Source: an uncultured delta proteobacterium
GTDB taxonomy: Bacteria > Myxococcota_A > Polyangia > Polyangiales > Houyiibacteriaceae
DNA length: 64,000 nt
Direction: 5' to 3'
NCBI GenBank assembly: GCA_963699755.1
Contig: CAVOVB010000007.1
Span: 224,001-288,000 of the forward strand
The notes beneath the pieces are model-generated. The model worked only from the letters and a program-made list of their open reading frames with translations, had not been told where the DNA came from and searched no databases. Of the stretch, positions 10,139 through 18,309 are shown piece after piece (the stretch's first letter is position 1; the number at the start of each line of letters is the position of its first letter). Both the position numbers and the translations under genes were made by a program.

Positions 10139-10797
10139 ACGACCTCCGTTCGATGGACTTCGTGAATTCGGAACTCGGGCTTTTCGACCTGCTTGGGCTT
10201 CCAGGTCCTGGCCGCCCAGATGATCAGGCCAATCACGAAGAACGCGCTGGGCGGCAAGAGCATCATCCCGTTCGGCTTGTACCAGCCACCGTCTGCCGCG
10301 TTCGGAAAGATCGTATAGCCGAGGAGCGTGCCCGCGCCGAGTAGCTCACGGCTGGTGGCCACGAGGATCAGAATCGTGCTGTAACCGAGGCCGTTCCCTA
10401 TGCCATCGAGGAAGCTCAGGCCGACCGGGTTTTTCGAAGCGAAGCTCTCAGTACGGCCAAGCACGATGCAGTTGGTGATGATCAGGCCTACGAAGACCGA
10501 AAGCTCGCGGCTCGTCTCGAAGGCAAAGGCCTTTAGGGACTCGTCGACGATGATGACCAGAGACGCGATGATCGTCATTTGTACTATGATCCGGATGCCG
10601 CTCGGGAGAATGTGACGAATCGCGCTGACTGCCGCGTTCGAAAGCGCAGCAACCGCGGTGAGCGCAACGCACATGTAGAGCGAAGGCAGCAGCGACGTCG
10701 TGACCGCCAGGGCCGAGCAAATTCCGAGTACCTGCAAGGTGACTGGATTGTCATCGACGATGGGTTCGAGCAGAGCGCGCTTGGCAGGGGAGCTCAT
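10135..10797 (-). CDS. nqrD: Na+-NQR subunit D
   Basis: [33 protein letters not shown]. Confidence 0.96.
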   Translation of the reverse strand: MSSPAKRALLEPIVDDNPVTLQVLGICSALAVTTSLLPSLYMCVALTAVAALSNAAVSAIRHILPSGIRIIVQMTIIASLVIIVDESLKAFAFETSRELSVFVGLIITNCIVLGRTESFASKNPVGLSFLDGIGNGLGYSTILILVATSRELLGAGTLLGYTIFPNAADGGWYKPNGMMLLPPSAFFVIGLIIWAARTWKPKQVEKPEFRIHEVHRTEVV

Positions 10798-11591
10798 GAC
10801 CCTCCTCCTTGAATGTTTTTCAGATAGGGTCCGTACCCGTCGTCGCCGAGCCAGTATTGGACCAGGTTGGACACGCCATTTCCGGTGAGCGTCGCGCCGG
10901 AGACGCCGTCGACGTGGTTGTCAGCGCGGGGGTCTTCGGCAGATACTCGACCCTTGACGACTCGGAGCTCGAGTGCGCCGGAATCATCGAACGCACGCTT
11001 GCCATGCCAAAGCGCGCGCCAAGCGGGCTTGACGATGAAGTCGCCGAGGCCTGGGGTTTCGCCGTGCGCATAGAACGTGATGTCCGAGACCGTGTTTCCG
11101 TCGGCTTCGAGGGCGAGGAAACCGTGGAGGATGGACCAAAGCCCATAGCCGGACACCGGCAGAATGATCTTGCTCAGCTCGTCGTCGCGTCGGACGAGGT
11201 AAACCAGACCGTGCTTGGCGCGTCGCCCGACCTTGGCAATGTCGATCTCCGAAGGGATCCTGACGCTCTGAGCGGGATCCTTGGCGGCTTCGATGGGATC
11301 GTAGGACTCGGGATTGATGTCTTCGGCATAGGCGCCCGTTTCGAGGTCGACGACGCGCACCTCGATGCTTTCGAAAAGCTCGTCGACATCAGCCCCGGGC
11401 GCCCAGAGCCCAGCGACCTCGAGGATGTTTCGGCGCATGTCGACAACGGCGTTCTCGACCTGCCGCGGCTTGAGCAACACGGCCGCAGAGGCGACCAAGG
11501 ACGAGCAGACCAGGCTGACGAAGAGCGCCACCAGCAGGGTACGAGCGACCGTGTCGGCTTTGGCACCTGAATCTTTGGAGGGATCAGACAC
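10794..11591 (-). CDS. nqrC: Na+-NQR subunit C
   Basis: [27 protein letters not shown]-attachment motif. Confidence 0.96.
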   Translation of the reverse strand: MSDPSKDSGAKADTVARTLLVALFVSLVCSSLVASAAVLLKPRQVENAVVDMRRNILEVAGLWAPGADVDELFESIEVRVVDLETGAYAEDINPESYDPIEAAKDPAQSVRIPSEIDIAKVGRRAKHGLVYLVRRDDELSKIILPVSGYGLWSILHGFLALEADGNTVSDITFYAHGETPGLGDFIVKPAWRALWHGKRAFDDSGALELRVVKGRVSAEDPRADNHVDGVSGATLTGNGVSNLVQYWLGDDGYGPYLKNIQGGGS

Positions 11592-12798
11592 TTCGACGCA
11601 ACCTCCTGTTGATGTTCACCCGCATGACGAAGTGGTCGATGGTGGGTGCGAAGATGTTGGCGAAGAGGATCGCGAGCATGATCCCCTCGGGAAAAGCGAT
11701 GTTGACCACGCGGATCACGACCGTGATGACCCCCACGAGAATTCCGAAGACCCAACGCCCGGTATTGGTGACACAGGCGCTCACCGGGTCGGTCGCCATG
11801 TACACCATCCCGAAGGCAAAGCCGCCCAAAACGAGATGCCAGTACCAAGGCATGGCATACATCGGGTTGGTATCGGAGCCGACGACGTTGAACAGCAGCG
11901 CAGTCCCAATCATCCCAACCATGACGCCAGCTATGATCCGCCAGGATGCGACGCCGGTCACGGCGATGAAGACGCCGCCGAGAAGGCAGGCCAAGGTGGA
12001 GGTCTCGCCAAGCGAACCCTGAATGGTTCCGAGGAAAGCGTCCATCCAAGTCACGCCCTGCGCGACGATGCCGGCGACGCCGCTTTCCGCACCGATTGCA
12101 AGCGGCGTTGCACCGGTGATCACGTCGATAGGGGGTGTCCAGACGGACTGGCCCGACATCTCCACCGGATAGGCAAAGTAGAGAAAGGCCCGGCCGGCGA
12201 GCGCTGGGTTCATGAAGTTCTTCCCGGTCCCGCCAAAGACTTCTTTCCCGATGACGACACCGAACGAAATGCCCAGCGCAACCTGCCAGAGCGGCGTAGT
12301 GGCGGGCAGGGTCAGGGCATAGAGGATCGAGGTGACGAAGAAGCCCTCGTTGACCTCGTGGTTGCGGACGCCTGCGAAGAGAACTTCCCAAAAGCCCCCC
12401 GCCGCCAAGGTCACTGCGTAGATCGGCAGAAAGTACAGCAGGCCATAGAAGGCCGCGGCACCGACGCTGTTCGGGTCGTGGCCGATTCCGAGCGCCGAGA
12501 TCACGCCCCCTCGCCAGTCGGTAGGCGAGGCCAAGCCGAGCTGCTCGATCGCTAGGTTGGCCTGGTAGCCAGCGTTCCACATCCCGAAGAGCGCGCAGGG
12601 CAAAACGCCAACGACTACGAGGCCCATGACCCGCTTCAAATCGATCGCGTCACGTATGTGCGGCGCGTGACGCGACACGTCGGGAGGCGAGTAGAAAAGC
12701 GTATCGAGCATCTCGTAGATCGCCTGGTAGCTCTCCAGACGCCCGCCCTTTTCGAAGTGGGGCTCGACCTTATCCAGGAGTTTTCGGAGGGGCCGCAT
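11584..12798 (-). CDS. nqrB: Na+-NQR subunit B
   Basis: KEVFGGTGKNFMNPALAGR, TGATPL FMN site, MATDPVS. Confidence 0.97.
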   Translation of the reverse strand: MRPLRKLLDKVEPHFEKGGRLESYQAIYEMLDTLFYSPPDVSRHAPHIRDAIDLKRVMGLVVVGVLPCALFGMWNAGYQANLAIEQLGLASPTDWRGGVISALGIGHDPNSVGAAAFYGLLYFLPIYAVTLAAGGFWEVLFAGVRNHEVNEGFFVTSILYALTLPATTPLWQVALGISFGVVIGKEVFGGTGKNFMNPALAGRAFLYFAYPVEMSGQSVWTPPIDVITGATPLAIGAESGVAGIVAQGVTWMDAFLGTIQGSLGETSTLACLLGGVFIAVTGVASWRIIAGVMVGMIGTALLFNVVGSDTNPMYAMPWYWHLVLGGFAFGMVYMATDPVSACVTNTGRWVFGILVGVITVVIRVVNIAFPEGIMLAILFANIFAPTIDHFVMRVNINRRLRRSV

Positions 12799-14147
12799 CA
12801 GCCGTTCTTCTCGATGAGGTCTAGGTTCGCTCTGAGAAACTCGCCGTATTCGTACTTGCTACAGCAGACGAAGGAGCAAAGCGCGAGGTCTTCTTCTTCG
12901 AGCTCCAGGCAGCCGAGCGCTTTTGCGGTTTCGGTGTCTTCGACGATGAGGGCCTTGAGTAGAGGCGCAGGTAGAATGTCGAGCGGCATCACCTTTTCGA
13001 AGTTGCCGATTGGGATCATCGCACGCGGGCTGCCGTTTTGCGTGGTGCTGAGCCGGAAGCGATAGCTCTGCGGGCGAAAAGAGGCGAGGAAGGCGCGAAT
13101 CGCGGAGTACCTGTCTGCTCCGGGCGCAATCCAACGCAAGAAGTGACGGCTGCGATCCTCGGCGAGCACGCTGATCTGAAGCGCGTAGGGACCGAGGTAC
13201 TGCGCATGCCCGGCCGAGCGCCGACCGCCCAGAACCGAACCGGAAACCACGCGGCAGTCGCCCGGCTCGAGCTCTTCGTTGAGAAGGTCCTCCGTGCTCG
13301 CACCCATCCGCGTACGGAGGAGTCGGGGCTTCTTCACCATCGGGCCGCCGAGGGCGATCACCCGCTCGATGTGAATCCGGCCGCTGGTGAACAAGGCGCC
13401 GATGGCGATCACGTCCTGGTAGTTGAGGTACCACACGAGCTTGTTCTCGCTCACCGGATCGAGAAAATGAATGTGGGTCCCGGGAAGTCCGGCTGGGTGC
13501 GGACCTTCAAAGGTAGCGGAGCGGACCGATTCGAGCTTGGGGAGCTCGAACGATGGCCCCGGTGCCTGGCACACGTGAACCTCGCCATCGGTGAGTCTAC
13601 TGAGGACCGCGACTCCATCGCGAAACGCGTCCATGCGCTCCGCGATGACCACTCGGGGGTCGCCTGCGAGCGGATTCGTATCGATTGCAGTGACGAAGAT
13701 CGAATGCGGCGACGTGCTTGCCGCGGGGATCTTTCCAAAGGGCCGAGTGCGCAACGCAGTCCACAGACCGGAAGCCTGCAGGACCGCCCGAACCTCTTCA
13801 CGATCGAGCGTCGTGAGCTCGGACCGCTCATGCGACGCAAAGACCTCCTCCTCGTCGCCGTCCAAGCGCACGACCACGGATTGAAGTGACCTTCGAGCGC
13901 CACGATGAATCGCAACAATTTCACCGCAGCCCGGCGCGGTGAACATCACGTCCGGATTGTTCTTGTCGATGAGCACTGGCTGCCCAAGGCTCACTCGGTC
14001 ACCCAAGTCGACCTTCAACCTGGGCTGCAATTCAGGGAAATCTCTCGCAACCAGAGCAACCCAGCCGACCGCTTTCGCATTTTCGATGCGCTGCTCGGGG
14101 GCGCCTGCGATGGGGATGTTCAGGCCTCTGCGTATGCGAACGTGCAT
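12798..14147 (-). CDS. nqrA: Na+-NQR subunit A
   Basis: RRGLNIPIAGAP, GPHPAG, LGCLELEEEDLALCSFVC. Confidence 0.97.
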   Translation of the reverse strand: MHVRIRRGLNIPIAGAPEQRIENAKAVGWVALVARDFPELQPRLKVDLGDRVSLGQPVLIDKNNPDVMFTAPGCGEIVAIHRGARRSLQSVVVRLDGDEEEVFASHERSELTTLDREEVRAVLQASGLWTALRTRPFGKIPAASTSPHSIFVTAIDTNPLAGDPRVVIAERMDAFRDGVAVLSRLTDGEVHVCQAPGPSFELPKLESVRSATFEGPHPAGLPGTHIHFLDPVSENKLVWYLNYQDVIAIGALFTSGRIHIERVIALGGPMVKKPRLLRTRMGASTEDLLNEELEPGDCRVVSGSVLGGRRSAGHAQYLGPYALQISVLAEDRSRHFLRWIAPGADRYSAIRAFLASFRPQSYRFRLSTTQNGSPRAMIPIGNFEKVMPLDILPAPLLKALIVEDTETAKALGCLELEEEDLALCSFVCCSKYEYGEFLRANLDLIEKNG

Positions 14148-14199
14148 TCGAGTGGGCGGAGTCTAGCCCAAACTCTCGATTCGAAAAGAACGAAACGAG

Positions 14200-14214
14200 G
14201 CGCAAAACTTGCGC
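14200..14214. promoter_or_regulatory. Palindromic regulator box GCGCA-AAACT-TGCGC
   Basis: Perfect GCGCA-N5-TGCGC in the divergent nqrA/lipoprotein spacer. Confidence 0.7.
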
Positions 14215-14260
14215 TTCCTTCGCTGCTGATCCTGCAACACAAACGTGGTACAAACCAGTC

Positions 14261-14803
14261 ATGCGATGGATCGTCTGCGTAAGTATCCTTTTCGCACTAG
14301 GCAGTTGCGGGAAGGATGAAATCTACTTCATTCCTGGGACGGGGACCTTGCCAGACTGCAACGAAACCCCCGACATGAACCTCGACGGATCCTGCTGGTT
14401 CGACCGTGGAGTCGTCACCATACGCTCAGATGGCTGCAGAGAGGCGATGCCCGATGAGATGTTTACGGTGTGCGGGCTCGCCTGGTCGTTCACCCAGACT
14501 GACAACGACGTCACGATCATCGTCGACGGGGAGTACCGAATCGACGGCAGACTGTGCGGTGACCAGCTTCATTTGCGTGGTGGCTGGTGGCTGCTGGTCG
14601 AGGACGCGGGGATGTGCGACTACCAGGACGAGGAGTCGGCCGACGAAGTAGGCATCCAAGATGGAGGCAACACCCTGACGCTCGTCCCCGCTAGCCCGGA
14701 GACGGGCGGCCAAGCACAGATGAGCGGCGTCTTGGCCGTCCAAGGCAGCTGTAGCGCCGAGTACGACGTCGACCTCCAACCGGGCGCCGGCTGCTACTTC
14801 TAG
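14261..14803 (+). CDS. Hypothetical Cys-rich acidic lipoprotein
   Basis: Lipobox LGSC after a hydrophobic leader. Confidence 0.75.
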   Translation: MRWIVCVSILFALGSCGKDEIYFIPGTGTLPDCNETPDMNLDGSCWFDRGVVTIRSDGCREAMPDEMFTVCGLAWSFTQTDNDVTIIVDGEYRIDGRLCGDQLHLRGGWWLLVEDAGMCDYQDEESADEVGIQDGGNTLTLVPASPETGGQAQMSGVLAVQGSCSAEYDVDLQPGAGCYF

Positions 14804-14804
14804 G

Positions 14805-16118
14805 TCAGCACGGCGATTCTTCGTAGAGATACCCGAGGACGTCTTCGCGCGAGAGAATCCCAACGATCCGTGCGCCGTCGAGCACTGGCAAACGGCCGAT
14901 GTTGTGGGCGGTCATCTGGTCGAGCGCCTCTTGGAGGGATGCGTCCGGACTGATGCTTCGAACTTTGTGCGCCATGCAGCTCTTGACCGCGAGCGAGCCG
15001 CGCCCTTCACGCTGCGCCCTCTCGACATCGCGACGCGAGATGACGCCGACCAGCGCATGGTTCTCGACGACCGGTGCGCCGGTGTGGCCCCACTCGTGAA
15101 GTGACTGGGCAAGCTCGGTCAACGGCATGTCCGGCGCCACGGTCCGGACCGGGCTCGACATGAGGTCGCGCACGATTTTCGGCTCGACGCAGTAGCGCTC
15201 GATGCCTGCACGCAGCCGGCTGACGACTTCGCTCAACGAGGCGTCACGCACGACTCCGGAACCCGCTCCGGCATGCCCGCCCCCGCCGAGCTCTTGGAGA
15301 ATCGCACCGACGGGAATGCTGCTCGACCGTGCCCGACCGATGATGTGGGTCTTACCGTTCGGAAGGCGATAAAGGCAGAAGAGCGCGTCGTATGGAAGAA
15401 TGCGAAACGCCTCGGTCGATACCGAGGCAAGTCCCGCCGGCACCTCTGCGGTCTCCAACGAGGCAATCCCGATCGAGGTGCTGAATCGGGGAAGCTCCTC
15501 CACCGCCTCGATGATCCGCACCAACAAATCGCGCTCGATGGCATCCAAGGCCGGCTTCAAGAATCGTTGAAGCAGCACTGCCTGCGCCCCGTGACCGAGC
15601 AGCCAGCCGAGCGCCATCGCGTCGCGAGAGCTCGAACGCGCATAGGCGAGCGAGCCCGTATCCTCGTGAATCCCCAAAGAAAACAAAGTGGCTTCCTCCC
15701 GATCGATCTCCACGCCGCGCGCCCGCAGCTCTTCGACCAGAAGCGTGGTGACGGCGCCGACGGGCTGCACGTGCTCCTCGTCCGCGTTCAAGTCGTCGGG
15801 CGCGCTAGGGTGATGATCCCAAACGGCGATGCGAACGCTTCGTGGTGCTTGCGCCGAGCGCAAAATCACTTCTTCGACATGCGCCAAGCGGCTGCGGCGG
15901 CGAACGTCTGCCACTATTAGGAAATCCACGTCACCGAGATCGAGGTCCTGGCAGCGTTGCGTTGGAAATCGATCTCCGTGAATCGTCAGATAGTGATGAA
16001 CGTTCGGGGCGAACCCACCGCTCAGACCGATCTGCGAACCTGGAAACAGTTTCTGAAGCGCCACACACGACGCCAAGCCATCGAAGTCGGTGGTCTCGTG
16101 CGAGGTGATGAGCTTCAC
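14805..16118 (-). CDS. DHH/DHHA1 phosphoesterase with C-terminal CBS pair
   Basis: SHETTDFDG, WDHHP, GIHEDTG, GGGGHAGAG, then two CBS repeats. Confidence 0.9.
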   Translation of the reverse strand: MKLITSHETTDFDGLASCVALQKLFPGSQIGLSGGFAPNVHHYLTIHGDRFPTQRCQDLDLGDVDFLIVADVRRRSRLAHVEEVILRSAQAPRSVRIAVWDHHPSAPDDLNADEEHVQPVGAVTTLLVEELRARGVEIDREEATLFSLGIHEDTGSLAYARSSSRDAMALGWLLGHGAQAVLLQRFLKPALDAIERDLLVRIIEAVEELPRFSTSIGIASLETAEVPAGLASVSTEAFRILPYDALFCLYRLPNGKTHIIGRARSSSIPVGAILQELGGGGHAGAGSGVVRDASLSEVVSRLRAGIERYCVEPKIVRDLMSSPVRTVAPDMPLTELAQSLHEWGHTGAPVVENHALVGVISRRDVERAQREGRGSLAVKSCMAHKVRSISPDASLQEALDQMTAHNIGRLPVLDGARIVGILSREDVLGYLYEESPC

Positions 16119-16126
16119 GTCAGATG

Positions 16127-16531
16127 CTACAGAGTGTCCTGGAGCACGCGCAAGAGGTCGACGTAGCTGACGATTCCGAGCAAGTCGCCGGTGTCGAGAT
16201 CAGCGACGGGAATCGCACCCACGCGATGCAGAAGCATCAGCTCCAGGACTTCACGCACGTCGGTCTCGGGATCGACCTTGACCGTGCTGGTGTTCATGAA
16301 ATCGCCGACGGTCGCCGAGCGTGCGCTCTCGATCGCATCGATGGCGTCGTCTTCGCGGGCCGCAGAGAAGCCACGGAGGTCGCGGTCGCTGACGATGCCA
16401 ACGAGCTCACGGCCGCGGACCACCGGAAGGTGCCGGACATCGAGCTCAAAGAGCACTCCCAAAGCTTCGGCGACCGACATCATCTCGGTCGCCGTCACGG
16501 GGTTTTCAGTCATGATGTCTTTTGCGAGCAC
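16127..16531 (-). CDS. CBS-domain pair protein
   Basis: AKDIMT, VRHLPVV..LVGIVSDRD; GAGGAG RBS. Confidence 0.92.
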   Translation of the reverse strand: MLAKDIMTENPVTATEMMSVAEALGVLFELDVRHLPVVRGRELVGIVSDRDLRGFSAAREDDAIDAIESARSATVGDFMNTSTVKVDPETDVREVLELMLLHRVGAIPVADLDTGDLLGIVSYVDLLRVLQDTL

Positions 16532-16565
16532 AAGGTTCTCCTCTCACAGGTCGCCCTCCATGAAG

Positions 16566-17417
16566 CTAGAACATGGGAAACGGCAGGGTTGGCTCCACTG
16601 CATTGAAATCCTGAATGATCTTTAGCGTCGTGACCACCGCTATCAACGAACAAAGATTCGCAGCGACCAGGCTCCAGCCCATGAGGCGGAGCCGACGCGC
16701 CGTCGGCTGAAGGGCAGCCATCAGGAGCACCACGACGGCCACCGGCACCGCCGCCGCGAGAACCCAGAGGCCGAGCCGGGACCCGTAGGGTGCGGCGACC
16801 CCGACGGCGATGACCAGCAAGCAGGCGAGAACCAGCAAGGCTCGCTTGAAACGGACGCGCCTCGAGTCCTCGTCGGTCTTGCCCTTGGTGCGGGCTATGG
16901 TCAGCCGCACCACGGCAGTCCCCAAAAGGGAGGTCGTCAGCCAAATCAACGCGACGGCGAGCGAGGCGGTGAGACCCAGGCCCGTGGAAAGGCCGATCGG
17001 AACTGCGATCGACGAGAGGGCCGCGGCCGCGAGGACTTCTCCAAACATGCTGCGTTCGAGCCCTTGAACGGCCAGCATCACGAGCAAGACGCCTAGCAGG
17101 AGGGGCGCGGCGACGGCGTATTGCACCGGCCTAGACGCAAGCACAAGCCCCGCGATGCCGGCACCCAAGGCAACGAGGCCGAAGACGAGCAGCGCGCGTT
17201 TGGCGCGATCGCTTTCTTCGCGCTGCATGCGGCTCCCCCGCTGCCCGGCTAAGACCAGAAGAGGCTCGTTCGCGAGGAACGCGCCGATCGCGCCGGTAGC
17301 CAGAAGCCAGGTCGAGGTCGTCGGCGCACCACCCAGAACCACGGAGACGATCGGGAAGAGCAGCTCCGCATAGGCGCCGTGCTCGCGCGGGACCATCCTG
17401 CGTTGTCCGGTGCTCAT
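16566..17417 (-). CDS. YwiC-like membrane protein (start 17417 or 17396)
   Basis: N-terminal PREHGAY signature followed by many TM helices. Confidence 0.8.
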   Translation of the reverse strand: MSTGQRRMVPREHGAYAELLFPIVSVVLGGAPTTSTWLLATGAIGAFLANEPLLVLAGQRGSRMQREESDRAKRALLVFGLVALGAGIAGLVLASRPVQYAVAAPLLLGVLLVMLAVQGLERSMFGEVLAAAALSSIAVPIGLSTGLGLTASLAVALIWLTTSLLGTAVVRLTIARTKGKTDEDSRRVRFKRALLVLACLLVIAVGVAAPYGSRLGLWVLAAAVPVAVVVLLMAALQPTARRLRLMGWSLVAANLCSLIAVVTTLKIIQDFNAVEPTLPFPMF

Positions 17418-17483
17418 CGGTGTTGGAGATAGCACCCGCTGACCCACGATCCATCGTATTTTCTCGAGGCCTGACCGAGCGAT

Positions 17484-17498
17484 GCGCAATATCTGCGT
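17484..17498. promoter_or_regulatory. Regulator box GCGCA-ATATC-TGCGT upstream of the cbb3 cluster
   Basis: Match to RCGCA-N5-TGCGY in the divergent ywiC/cco spacer. Confidence 0.7.
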
Positions 17499-17580
17499 AT
17501 TCGGCTATAACTGAGCTTGCGCCGCGTCCCCAGGCTCTTCGCGGCGTGACCCTTTCGATGATCGACCCTACGGAAACGCC

Positions 17581-18309
17581 ATGTGGACAGCGGTAATCGC
17601 GGGGGCTGCCGCCGGCCTTGCATCGGTTCCCCATTGCACTGCGATGTGTGGGCCCCTGGCTGCATACGCGTGCAGTGGACAGCCTGGCGCGTCCGGACAA
17701 ACGCGCTATCAGCTCGGCCGCTTCGTAAGCTACTCGCTGCTCGGCGCCGTGGCCGGCGCAATTGGCGGTGTGACTGCGGTGAGCCTTCCTCAGGCATGGG
17801 GCAGCGCGCTCCTGAGCTGGTCGCTGGCTCTCGGTCTGGGCTTGGCGGCACTTCGCCTTTGGCGCCAACCCAGCCAACCGCTGGTCACCCTCCGGCGCAA
17901 GCGAGATGAGCCCACGCCTTCAGTCGTTTCCCGCGCCATCGGCGGCCTCGGACGCCATCCGTTTTTCGTTGGCCTCGGCACGGCCCTGCTTCCCTGCGGG
18001 GCCTTGGCGGCGGCGGTCTTGATCGCTGCATCGACCGGCTCCTTGGTCCTCGGCTCTCTGAGCATGTTCGCGTTCGCCCTGGTGAGCGGGGTCGGCCTGA
18101 TCGGTGCCACCTGGCTCTTCGAACGCTTTGCACGTCGGCCGCGACCGGCGACCTCGCGCATCCTCGCGCTCGTCCTCGGGCTCGGCGCGATTCTGTTCGT
18201 GATCCGGCCCGTGCATGCCTTGCGCACCGGAGATCCTTCCTCGTGCCATGCACCTGCAGGCGACGAGGCCGGCCACGAGGCGCATCATCAGCATTCCCAC
18301 TCACCGTGA
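17581..18309 (+). CDS. cbb3-associated DsbD_2/TauE-like membrane protein
   Basis: HCTAMCGP, YQLGR..SY, LLPCG motifs; His-rich C-terminus. Confidence 0.85.
   Translation: MWTAVIAGAAAGLASVPHCTAMCGPLAAYACSGQPGASGQTRYQLGRFVSYSLLGAVAGAIGGVTAVSLPQAWGSALLSWSLALGLGLAALRLWRQPSQPLVTLRRKRDEPTPSVVSRAIGGLGRHPFFVGLGTALLPCGALAAAVLIAASTGSLVLGSLSMFAFALVSGVGLIGATWLFERFARRPRPATSRILALVLGLGAILFVIRPVHALRTGDPSSCHAPAGDEAGHEAHHQHSHSP

Noticed and set aside
14155..14170. GG-N10-GC on the minus strand before nqrA
   Set aside because: Only the dinucleotides match and the predicted +1 would fall at or past the start codon
16582..16597. TGGAGCC-AACC-CTGCC on the minus strand upstream of the CBS gene
   Set aside because: Degenerate, inside the ywiC 3-prime end, and no adjacent box found
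17542..17557. CGGCGTG-ACCC-TTTCG as sigma54 promoter for the cco cluster
   Set aside because: Well placed relative to the box but lacks the conserved -13 G; too weak to call
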